A stretch of DNA of 64,000 nt, from contig JACWAH010000001.1 of assembly GCA_014874365.1 (NCBI GenBank), forward strand, positions 2,314-66,313. The letters are read 5' to 3'. Made by a program: the position numbers and the translations under genes. Shown piece by piece: positions 19,129-27,726 of the stretch (position 1 is its first letter; each line of letters opens with the position of its first letter). The stretch is from Thermoplasmatales archaeon (lineage in GTDB: Archaea > Thermoplasmatota > Thermoplasmata > Thermoplasmatales > Thermoplasmataceae). The notes beneath the pieces are model-generated. The model was given only the letters and a program-made list of their open reading frames with translations, had not been told where the DNA came from and made no database searches.

Positions 19129-19491
19129 ATGTTAATAGCGATTCCTGTTTCTGGAAACCAGATAAGCGGGCCAGGCGAAGCGAAGGAAATTCTGATAATG
19201 GACAGCGAAAACAATTACTCTATTATTGAGAGATACGAGAATCCTGCTCTTACGGCGACTTCTGCCCCTGGACTGCGAATGATCCAGTCACTAATTGAAA
19301 GAAAGGTTTTAGCATTGATAGTCGCCCACATTGGTGCGCATGCTTTTGAGTTAGCACACAAGAAACTCAGCATTTATAATTCTGACGGGCAAAGTATCGA
19401 CGCTGCTGTTTCTGCATATCGATCGGGAAGATTGCAGGAAGCCACAGCCGAACTTCCTGGTCACCACCATGATCACGGTCACGCTAATTGA
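19129..19491 (+). CDS. NifB/NifX-family (dinitrogenase FeMo-cofactor biosynthesis domain) protein with His-rich tail
   Basis: MLIAIPV..ISGPGEA, ENPA, IG.HAF and C-terminal HHHDHGH. Confidence 0.75.
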   Translation: MLIAIPVSGNQISGPGEAKEILIMDSENNYSIIERYENPALTATSAPGLRMIQSLIERKVLALIVAHIGAHAFELAHKKLSIYNSDGQSIDAAVSAYRSGRLQEATAELPGHHHDHGHAN

Positions 19492-19572
19492 AAGGAAGTT
19501 ATTCCCTCGAGAATTGACTGCCTCTTTAATCAAAGGCATATGAAAAGTTCTCCATACCCGGTGTTACCTTCA

Positions 19573-19656
19573 ATGGAGGTGCACTTGATAATTGGGGCAG
19601 TTATTGTAGCAGCAGTAATTGTAACGGCAGTCGCATTAATTCTGAGAATGAAATAA
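19573..19656 (+). CDS. Candidate single-pass membrane micropeptide
   Basis: MEVHLIIGAVIVAAVIVTAVALILRMK is a hydrophobic helix with a basic end. An alternative in-frame ATG is at 19540. Confidence 0.4.
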   Translation: MEVHLIIGAVIVAAVIVTAVALILRMK

Positions 19657-19799
19657 ATCAGCTGTTAAGAATTACCTAAACCTCCCTAAGTTAACGGGGA
19701 CGGTAATAATTAAGATATGATAACAGAATTATGTTCATAGCCAGGCGTTTTGTGACAAATTTCTCACGTGTTTTTCAGGGAGTATTGGATCGATGGCTG

Positions 19800-19814
19800 T
19801 TGTTAGAAATTCTC
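19800..19814. mobile_element. Solitary IS5-like terminal sequence
   Basis: ttgttagaaattctc is 14/15 identical to the reverse complement of the IS5-remnant end at 4675-4689. Confidence 0.35.
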
Positions 19815-19885
19815 ACACAGTTAAGATAAGTCAATCATCTTAAAGGTTAACGAGTTTTACTGCTGGCACTGAAGAATAAAACAAC

Positions 19886-21139
19886 GTGGCAAATATGAGA
19901 AAGGAATTTGGTAAACTACTTTCAGTCAATGAAGTACGGGAGCTGATTAAAAATAGGCTCGTGCTCCCAATTGAGCCTGAGATAATCAATGTTGAAAATT
20001 CCATGGGCAGGATGATCTTTATCGACATATGTGCCGGGAAGGACAATCCCATACTTCCCAGATCAGCAATGGATGGTTTTGCTGTCAGATCTAAAGATAC
20101 AATGGAAGCGGCCGGAGAAAACGAAGTTGAAATAACTATTTCCGGAGAAGTCAGGATAGGCGAGTTTCCAGAGCACCAGGATGGAGATAGGATTTGTATC
20201 AGGATTGCCACTGGAGGATATGTTCCAGAATCGTTTGATGCAGTCGTACCAGTGGAGCAAACTGAGGAATACGATGGAAAAATCATAATAAACAACAGAT
20301 ACAGGCCTGGCGAAAACATAGATCCCAAAGGTTCTGACTACAAGGAAGGGGAAGTACTGCTCAGGAGGGGTACTATCATAAAGTCGAAAGATATTCTTGC
20401 AATGACTTCACTGGGGAAAGGTTCAGTCGAAGTCCTTAAGAAGGTAAAAGTTGCAGTTTCACCCACAGGGAATGAGCTGGTTCCATTTGGGTCTAAGGCG
20501 CCAGACTTTTCAATTTACGACTCAAATAGCTGGGGGGTCAAGACTGCGCTTGAGGAGGTTGGGCAGTTTGAAGTCCGCCACCATGGAATCTTACGCGATG
20601 AAGAATCCCTGGTTTCTGAAGCAATGGCTGTAATGCTGAAGCAAAGTGACCTGGTGATAACCACTGGAGGTACCTCAACTGGAGAAAAAGATCTGGTTTA
20701 CAAGGTATTGGAGGAATACGAACCGGGGATAATCTTCCACGGAATAGGCACAAAGCCCGGAATGCCATCTCTTTTTGCAATAGCGGGAGGCAAGCCGGTA
20801 ATCGGCCTCCCTGGGCCACCAGTGTCTGCAATGATGGTTCTCTATGAATTGTTCATTCCAGGTATGCTTGAAAACCTTGGGATTTCCGGTTTACCTGTTA
20901 AAATCAGAGCCAGGTTGGGAGAAAGGGCCAGGATTACCAGAAGCAGGTATAATATGATACCCGTAGCACTAAACCAGGAATCTGGCAGAGAACCTGTGGT
21001 ATATCCACTTCCCGGTGGATCAGGCGCTGTCTCCAGGCTGGCTAAGGCGCAGGGATACATTGTGCATCCTGGTGGTTTGGATTTTCTCGAAGCCGGAACA
21101 GAAGTTATGGTGATGCCATTTTCCAGAATCCTGTTATGA
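19886..21139 (+). CDS. moeA: Molybdopterin molybdenumtransferase
   Basis: RSAMDGFAV, IATGG, TGNEL, IYDSN, TTGGTS, KPG.P and GLPGPPVSA motifs. Confidence 0.95.
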   Translation: MANMRKEFGKLLSVNEVRELIKNRLVLPIEPEIINVENSMGRMIFIDICAGKDNPILPRSAMDGFAVRSKDTMEAAGENEVEITISGEVRIGEFPEHQDGDRICIRIATGGYVPESFDAVVPVEQTEEYDGKIIINNRYRPGENIDPKGSDYKEGEVLLRRGTIIKSKDILAMTSLGKGSVEVLKKVKVAVSPTGNELVPFGSKAPDFSIYDSNSWGVKTALEEVGQFEVRHHGILRDEESLVSEAMAVMLKQSDLVITTGGTSTGEKDLVYKVLEEYEPGIIFHGIGTKPGMPSLFAIAGGKPVIGLPGPPVSAMMVLYELFIPGMLENLGISGLPVKIRARLGERARITRSRYNMIPVALNQESGREPVVYPLPGGSGAVSRLAKAQGYIVHPGGLDFLEAGTEVMVMPFSRILL

Positions 21140-21144
21140 TGACC

Positions 21145-21699
21145 TCATTTGCAGTCATTTAAGTCAAGCGAATCCAGGTCTTCAGGATAATTCACGTTGA
21201 CAAAGCTTTTAAAATTTTTATCAGTGATCCTATACTCTTTATGCGGGATTGGTTGGATAAACTCATGTAGGCTGCTCTTTCCGTTTATCAGGTTTCTATG
21301 GAGAATACCCGCCATATCAGCGTTATAAATGCTATGAAGCGGCTCAATGGTGCCATTCTGATGTACAGGTACAACACTCATACCGTTCGACATTGCAATC
21401 ATTTCGTCAATCACTTCATGTGAAACACAGGGCATGTCCCCGGCTATGGCGAAGATTTCTCCAAACGTTTGAATGGCCAGCAAAAGTGAATCTCCAATTG
21501 ATCCCGTTGAAGTGTCCATCTTGTTTTCACACAGGCTTGAGCGAATATCGGGACTCTTGGCAAACAGGATCACCCCTCCAATCCTTCTCGATAATTGTAT
21601 TCTTTCAACTACCCGATCAACCATTGTTTTTCCGTTTATGACCACATTGTGTTTTCCGGGAAATCTCGTGCTATTTTTTACAAAGACAACAGCGATCAT
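21145..21699 (-). CDS. mobA: Molybdenum cofactor guanylyltransferase
   Basis: STRFPGK, AGDMP, IEPLHSIY and FVNVNYPEDL motifs. The N-terminal LAGG is degenerate. Confidence 0.8.
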   Translation of the reverse strand: MIAVVFVKNSTRFPGKHNVVINGKTMVDRVVERIQLSRRIGGVILFAKSPDIRSSLCENKMDTSTGSIGDSLLLAIQTFGEIFAIAGDMPCVSHEVIDEMIAMSNGMSVVPVHQNGTIEPLHSIYNADMAGILHRNLINGKSSLHEFIQPIPHKEYRITDKNFKSFVNVNYPEDLDSLDLNDCK

Positions 21700-22043
21700 G
21701 AACGGGCAATCCCTGGATGAAAATGCTTTGCTAGTTCAAAAATCGTTCCTTTGGAAGTAATATAACCATTATCCCGGACATAATTTCCCTTAATGGATAA
21801 CCTGATAATTCCGGCTAAAGTTGGGGTTTTCTCCAGTTTACCCTTACTTCGTTGGTCTTACTATTAAATTGTAATTGAAAATATGCTAACTGTCATGGCC
21901 GAATTTAGGATCAAGAAGAACAGTCCAGCCTGGATTTCCCTCAGCATTGTTAAAACCCCTGCAGCAACACGCTTGCGGGAGCATCCGTCTTTTGGATTTT
22001 CAGATATATTGGCATCGCGCAAGAACGAACAGTGGCGATTTAA

Positions 22044-23609
22044 TTGAATGCCGAAAAAAATATCCTTAGAGCAATTGAAGAGGGCATTGCGAAAGGTAAG
22101 TTTGGGAAAACGGAGAAACAGAAAATTGCGAAGGAATTCGGCGTCCCGATTTCTAACGTTGAATCAATATATTCATTTTACAGCTTCGATAATGGCGAAG
22201 ACAAGATATGCACTGGTCTTCCATGTGCCCTGAAACGAGAAAGTTCCAAAAGTAGTATACTCCCTGACAGAAAGTTAGAGGAAGAATCGTGCCTTGGGTA
22301 TTGCGACAAGGCACCGGTACTACGGTTAGATGGAAAATACGTCACCATGCATGGTGTTTCGTTTTCTGAAATCGAGGAAAGCACCTCCGATTATGTGAAA
22401 AAACACAGGGAGAGCATCGATAAATACGTCCAGAGAGGTGGGTACACAGCTTTGAACGCAATAATGGTCACGGGAGGCAAAACCGAAACGCTTGATATTT
22501 TAGTAAAATCGGGCCTGAAAGGCATGGGGGGTGCCGGATTTCCAGTATCCTTGAAATGGGAATCCTTTATGCAAAACCGTACAGACGACTCTATATTGCT
22601 TGTAAATGCTCACGAGGGGGAGCCTGGAACGTTCAAGGACAGGATTACGCTTGAACTCAGGCCACATGAATTACTTGAGGGGGCATTAATCGCTGCACGG
22701 GTTAACGGCGTCTGGAAAATAGTCATCGGATTAAAGAAGGAGTATTCCCAGGCCATGGCGAGTTTGGAGATCGCCATAGGAGAATTAAAAGAACTTTACA
22801 AGGGGAGAGAAACAGAAGCCCTGTTACCAGGGATTGAAGTCGCTAGACTTGGTGGATCTTACGTAACCGGTGAGGAAACTGCACTTATGGAGGGAATTGA
22901 AGGGAGGAGAAGCGAACCCAGGCTTCGACCCCCATTCCCGACCGAAAACGGGTTATTTGGAAAACCAACACTGGTTCACAATGTTGAGACTCTTGCGGCG
23001 ATTGCCGAAATCTCCAGGTCTGGCTTCAAGTCATTCAGGAAGAAATACTGTGTAACTGGAGACGTTAAAAAACCGGGTATTTACTCTGCGCCGCTGGGGA
23101 CTACTGCAAAAGAAATGATTGAAAAATACGCTGGCAATGGCAGTGAAGAGCTAAAAGCAATTATGCCTGGCGGTTTGTCAGGAGGCATTCTGCCCGCTTC
23201 GTTTGTCGACCTTAACCTTGACTTTGACAGCGTGCGCAAGGCTGGAGCGGGAATGGGAACCGGCGCTCTTATCGTGCTTTCGAAGAACCGGTGCACAGTT
23301 GAAACGTTAAGACAGATATCTGAGTTTTTTAAAAATGAATCGTGTGGAAAATGCATGCCATGCCGCTACGGCACCAAAGAAATAAATGAGGTCCTTACAA
23401 AAATCACGAGGGGAAAGGCAGCTGAGAAAGACATTGAGGCAGCAAAGGAGGCCTCTAATGCAATGATTAATGGATCCATATGCGCTCTTGGCCAGGTCGC
23501 AGGAAAACTATTCCTGGATTCCTTAAAACACTTCGGTGGCGAATTCGAGGAGCATTTGGAGGAGAAGTGTGAAGCGCAGGTCTGCAAATTCAGTGGTGAA
23601 CTGAATTGA
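22044..23609 (+). CDS. NuoE-NuoF fusion (FMN/[4Fe-4S]/[2Fe-2S] diaphorase subunit of formate dehydrogenase)
   Basis: N-terminal CTGLPC...SCLGYC, GLKGMGGAGFP, NAHEGEPGTFKDR, YVTGEETAL, ESCGKCMPCR and ICALG motifs. Confidence 0.9.
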   Translation: MNAEKNILRAIEEGIAKGKFGKTEKQKIAKEFGVPISNVESIYSFYSFDNGEDKICTGLPCALKRESSKSSILPDRKLEEESCLGYCDKAPVLRLDGKYVTMHGVSFSEIEESTSDYVKKHRESIDKYVQRGGYTALNAIMVTGGKTETLDILVKSGLKGMGGAGFPVSLKWESFMQNRTDDSILLVNAHEGEPGTFKDRITLELRPHELLEGALIAARVNGVWKIVIGLKKEYSQAMASLEIAIGELKELYKGRETEALLPGIEVARLGGSYVTGEETALMEGIEGRRSEPRLRPPFPTENGLFGKPTLVHNVETLAAIAEISRSGFKSFRKKYCVTGDVKKPGIYSAPLGTTAKEMIEKYAGNGSEELKAIMPGGLSGGILPASFVDLNLDFDSVRKAGAGMGTGALIVLSKNRCTVETLRQISEFFKNESCGKCMPCRYGTKEINEVLTKITRGKAAEKDIEAAKEASNAMINGSICALGQVAGKLFLDSLKHFGGEFEEHLEEKCEAQVCKFSGELN

Positions 23610-26287
23610 ACATAACCCTGGATGGTCAGGAGATAGCCTGTTCTGAGGGTGAATCCATTTTGCAGGTTTCCAGAAGATCAGGGATAGAAATCCCCACGCT
23701 CTGCAGTTTTGAAGGATATGAAAACGGGGTCTGCAGGCTGTGCATGGTCCAGGTTGAAGGATCCCCTAAAATGATCCCTTCATGTTCCACCACAGCAAGG
23801 GACAAAATGAAAATAGTGACAGATTCCCCGGAGATTCTGGAATACAGGAAAGCGCTTCTTACCTTAATAATGAAAAACCATGGGGATCATCAGGATGGAA
23901 AAGAGGATAAATGTTCCCTTCACGCACTGGCAAAGAAATACTCAGTCACCAGGGTTCCTGAAGTTGAACTGGTGTCAAAAATCGACAGGAGTCATCCAGC
24001 ATTGGATTTTGACCCGGGGCTGTGCATTAAATGCAGAAAATGCCTGGTAGCATGCGTTGATGAGCAGAGCAACGACGTAATCGGCCTGTCAGGAAAAGGC
24101 CAAAATCTGAAGGTAATTTTTGATTCCGGGGAGGATCTTGGTTCATCCAGCTGCGTTTCATGCGGCGCCTGCGCAGATGTGTGCCCATCCGGCGCCCTGA
24201 TTGAGAGGGATTGGAAGAAGGCTGACAGGACGGTGGAGTCTACCTGCCCGTATTGTGCAGTAGGTTGTACAATTGAGTATGGCATCAGGGGAAACAGTAT
24301 TGTCTGGGCTCGCGGAGTAAAGGAGAATTCCGTTAACGAAGGAAAACTCTGTGTCAAAGGGAAATTCGGGTTTGAATTCGAGTCAAGTAAAGACAGGCTG
24401 CTTTATCCGCTTGTCAGAAAGGATGGATTCAAGAGGGAACCTCTTAACGGGCGTAAAGTTGAGGAAGTATTCAGGAGGGCATCCTGGGATGAAGCTCTGG
24501 ATATAGTATCTAATAAAATTATATCGGTAAAAGCGGAATATGGTATAAATTCAATTGCAGGAATCGCATGCGACAGGGCCACAAACGAGGATGTTTACGC
24601 ATTTCAGAAATTTATGCGTGCCGTCATCGGGACGGATAACGTAGATCAGTCGGCCACACTCTGCCATTCCCCCTCTGCAAGAATGCTTGCCTGGGGACTC
24701 GGGGCGGGGTCATCAACCAATCCAATAAGCGACGTTATCAATTCTAAAACCATAATGGTTGTTGGGTCAAATACAGACCGGGCACATCCGGTAGCAAGTT
24801 CGTTTATCAAGAAGGCAGCGAAGAAGGGTGCACATCTCATTGTTGTGGACCCAAGGAAAGTCGAACTGGCCGAGAAAGCCAACACTTTTTTGCAGATAAA
24901 ACCAGGCTCCGATACTTATCTGTTTTCCGTAATGGCAAGATACATCGTTGAGAACAATCTCTACGATCCAGAATATGTAAAAAACCACACGGAAGGCTTC
25001 GACGAATTCATTGACAGCTTGAAAGTTTTTGACCCTGCTTCCGCAGAGAAAATAACAGGAATCAAGAGAGAGGAAATTGAGGGAGTGGCAAGGCTATACG
25101 CTGAAAACAAGCCGTCCAGCATTTACTGGACACTTGGAATTACAGAACACATCAATGGTTCTGATAACGTTTCTTCACTGGTAAACCTGGCAATTCTCAC
25201 AGGGAATATTGGCATACCCGGTGGCGGACTCAACCCATTGAGGGGGCAGAATAATGTCCAGGGTGCAGCGGACGTCGGCGGCTCACCCGGTTCTCTTCCG
25301 GGGTACCAGAGCCTGCTTGACCCCGCAATACGAAATAAGTTCGAATCAAATTGGAAAGTTTCCCTGCCTGGAGAAATTGGATGGAAAAGTACCGAAATGA
25401 TCGAAAAGGCTAATTCAGGTAAGCTGAAACTCATGTATATCACTGGAGAAAATTCCATTAGGAGCCATCCAAATTCCACTGAAGTAGAAAACGCATTTCA
25501 GGCTCTTGATTTCCTGATTGTCCAGGACATATTTCTAACAGAAACTGCCGAATTTGCAGATGTGATTCTTCCAGCTGCATCCTCCTTCGAGAAGACAGGA
25601 ACTTTCACCAATACAGAAAGGAGGATCCAAATGGTAAGGCAGCTGTTTAGCCCACCCGGAGAGGCAAAAGCCGATTGGGAAATATACACGGAGCTATCCA
25701 GGAAGATAGGATTGGATCTGTCTTATACAGACTCGTCAGAAATAATGGATGAAATAGCTGAATTGGTTCCCGCATGGAAAGGAGTGAGCCATTCCAGGCT
25801 GGAAAATGGAGGGCTCTCCTGGCCAGTGCCGTCATTCGATTCTAGCGGAACTTCTATACTGCACATTGGAAACGCAATGAGGGGAAAGGCAAAATTCAGG
25901 GCACTGGGATGGAACAGGGAAGAAGATGCAAAGTATCCATACGTTCTCATAACCGGACGAAAGAGGGAGCATTATCACACCGCAACTATGACATCCAGGT
26001 CAGGGGTAATCAACAGAATTACGGAAGGCCCATTTCTTGAAATGAGCCTGGGTGACATGAGGCGTGAAAATCTTGTCAACGGAGATACCGTTGAAGTGGA
26101 ATCCTCATCCGGAAAGATTACCTGCAGGGTAAAAGGGAGTGAAAACCTCACTTCTGGGGTAACGTTTACAACATTCCATTTCCCGGAGCTTCCCGTGAAC
26201 ATCCTGACCCCTTCTACCCTCGATCCTTTCACTAAAACTCCGGCTTTCAAGGATACAAGAATAAAGGTGAGGAAGATAATGAATTAG
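23606..26287 (+). CDS. fdhF: Formate dehydrogenase alpha subunit (Mo-bis-PGD, Cys ligand)
   Basis: N-terminal Fe-S domains, TCPYCAVGC, LCVKG, ATLCHSPS and PLRGQNNVQG motifs. Confidence 0.92.
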   Translation: MNITLDGQEIACSEGESILQVSRRSGIEIPTLCSFEGYENGVCRLCMVQVEGSPKMIPSCSTTARDKMKIVTDSPEILEYRKALLTLIMKNHGDHQDGKEDKCSLHALAKKYSVTRVPEVELVSKIDRSHPALDFDPGLCIKCRKCLVACVDEQSNDVIGLSGKGQNLKVIFDSGEDLGSSSCVSCGACADVCPSGALIERDWKKADRTVESTCPYCAVGCTIEYGIRGNSIVWARGVKENSVNEGKLCVKGKFGFEFESSKDRLLYPLVRKDGFKREPLNGRKVEEVFRRASWDEALDIVSNKIISVKAEYGINSIAGIACDRATNEDVYAFQKFMRAVIGTDNVDQSATLCHSPSARMLAWGLGAGSSTNPISDVINSKTIMVVGSNTDRAHPVASSFIKKAAKKGAHLIVVDPRKVELAEKANTFLQIKPGSDTYLFSVMARYIVENNLYDPEYVKNHTEGFDEFIDSLKVFDPASAEKITGIKREEIEGVARLYAENKPSSIYWTLGITEHINGSDNVSSLVNLAILTGNIGIPGGGLNPLRGQNNVQGAADVGGSPGSLPGYQSLLDPAIRNKFESNWKVSLPGEIGWKSTEMIEKANSGKLKLMYITGENSIRSHPNSTEVENAFQALDFLIVQDIFLTETAEFADVILPAASSFEKTGTFTNTERRIQMVRQLFSPPGEAKADWEIYTELSRKIGLDLSYTDSSEIMDEIAELVPAWKGVSHSRLENGGLSWPVPSFDSSGTSILHIGNAMRGKAKFRALGWNREEDAKYPYVLITGRKREHYHTATMTSRSGVINRITEGPFLEMSLGDMRRENLVNGDTVEVESSSGKITCRVKGSENLTSGVTFTTFHFPELPVNILTPSTLDPFTKTPAFKDTRIKVRKIMN

Positions 26288-26465
26288 GTATTTGCAATCT
26301 CGCTCAAATCCTGATTCTTTTCCTGTAAATAGGGCTTCGATTAAATCAGGCTGGCACTCGTTTAGCGGTGCCTGTATATAAATAGATGTCATTTTCTTCA
26401 CACCGGGTTTAACGGATTAAGGTTATATGTGACTCCAGAATGCCGCATTTTGCTGGTGTAAGGGG

Positions 26466-27701
26466 ATGTCTACATTCACGGGAAACTACGTTTCGCTCAT
26501 GAAGAACAGGCCCGTGATTTTGGTTTCTGCTGCCCAGCTAATACGCATATTCGGGCGGAGCCAGACCTGGATATTTTTACCAGTATATCTCTATGAATTC
26601 AGGGGTGTACAGTATTACGTGATAGGGTTGTTATTCACAGTTACCGCGTTGCTCTCAATTCCAGTCAGCATTTATGGCGGAAATCTGTGCGACAGGCTGG
26701 GCAGGCGGAAGGTTGCACTTATATCAATGCCTTTCGGAATTCTCGTGTTCTTTGTACTATTCCTTACAGCGTACCTGAACCTTCCAACAATCCTGCTCTT
26801 CATAGCTTTGATGTCTTCAGAGCCATTATTCTCAATTCAGTGGATCGTTGATAATGCAATAATCAGCGATACTGTACCGGAAGTGCAGAGAACCGATGCG
26901 TTTTCAATTACGAGGATAGCAGGAAATCTTGGTTTTTCTCTTGGTCCTGCTGTAGGTGGATTTCTTTCGGAACTCAACATGAGCTACGTATTTCTGTCTA
27001 CGTTGATTATGAGCGTTGTCGAGCTCTCTATTTATTTCATGCTTAAAGAAACAAACAAGCATATGGCTACTGGAAGATCTGCAGTCTCGTTTCCGAAGAG
27101 TGACAAGAAATTCATCGCCCTTGCTTTCCTGATGGCATCAATATGGTTTGTTGCGGGACAGTGGGGAACGACCCTTACTTTATTCTGGAGTTCATTTGAC
27201 CATGTTTCCAACTATACAATAGGTATTCTATATTCACTTAATGGAATATTCGTGGTTCTGTTGCAGCTTCCAGTCAACAGGCTGATGATCAATCTCAGGG
27301 ATCATGTCAGGATGTTTATTGGAGGAATGATATACGTGCTGAGTTTCTTCGCACTGACCTTTTTCTCCGGTTTCATTTTCCTGGTTATCGATGTGTTCTT
27401 TCTCACGATGGGTGAAAACACGATTTCGCCGGTTACAAATTCTGTCATATCAAAACTTGCTCCGGAAGACAGGAGGGGAGAATATTTTGGAGGATTTTAC
27501 CTGATTTCGGGTTTCGTAATGCCATTGGCTCCATTGATGGGAACTTCACTGATGCAGTATTTTTCCTATTCTCCATTAATTTTCTGGGGAATTATTGCAG
27601 TTATAGGAACCACCATCTCTGTATTCATGCTGAAGGTTGGAGGCAGGATAATTTCAACCAGGGAGGCTGGAACTGGAGGTGTAATCCCTGTTAAGGAGTG
27701 A
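26466..27701 (+). CDS. MFS transporter
   Basis: About 12 TM segments, DRLGRRK, GPAVGG and APEDRRGEY motifs. Confidence 0.9.
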   Translation: MSTFTGNYVSLMKNRPVILVSAAQLIRIFGRSQTWIFLPVYLYEFRGVQYYVIGLLFTVTALLSIPVSIYGGNLCDRLGRRKVALISMPFGILVFFVLFLTAYLNLPTILLFIALMSSEPLFSIQWIVDNAIISDTVPEVQRTDAFSITRIAGNLGFSLGPAVGGFLSELNMSYVFLSTLIMSVVELSIYFMLKETNKHMATGRSAVSFPKSDKKFIALAFLMASIWFVAGQWGTTLTLFWSSFDHVSNYTIGILYSLNGIFVVLLQLPVNRLMINLRDHVRMFIGGMIYVLSFFALTFFSGFIFLVIDVFFLTMGENTISPVTNSVISKLAPEDRRGEYFGGFYLISGFVMPLAPLMGTSLMQYFSYSPLIFWGIIAVIGTTISVFMLKVGGRIISTREAGTGGVIPVKE

Positions 27702-27726
27702 TTCTGTCAGGTTCAATGATACAATA

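Noticed and set aside
23606..26287. Selenocysteine-containing FDH
   Set aside because: The ORF has no in-frame TGA, and the ligand codon is Cys (LCH).
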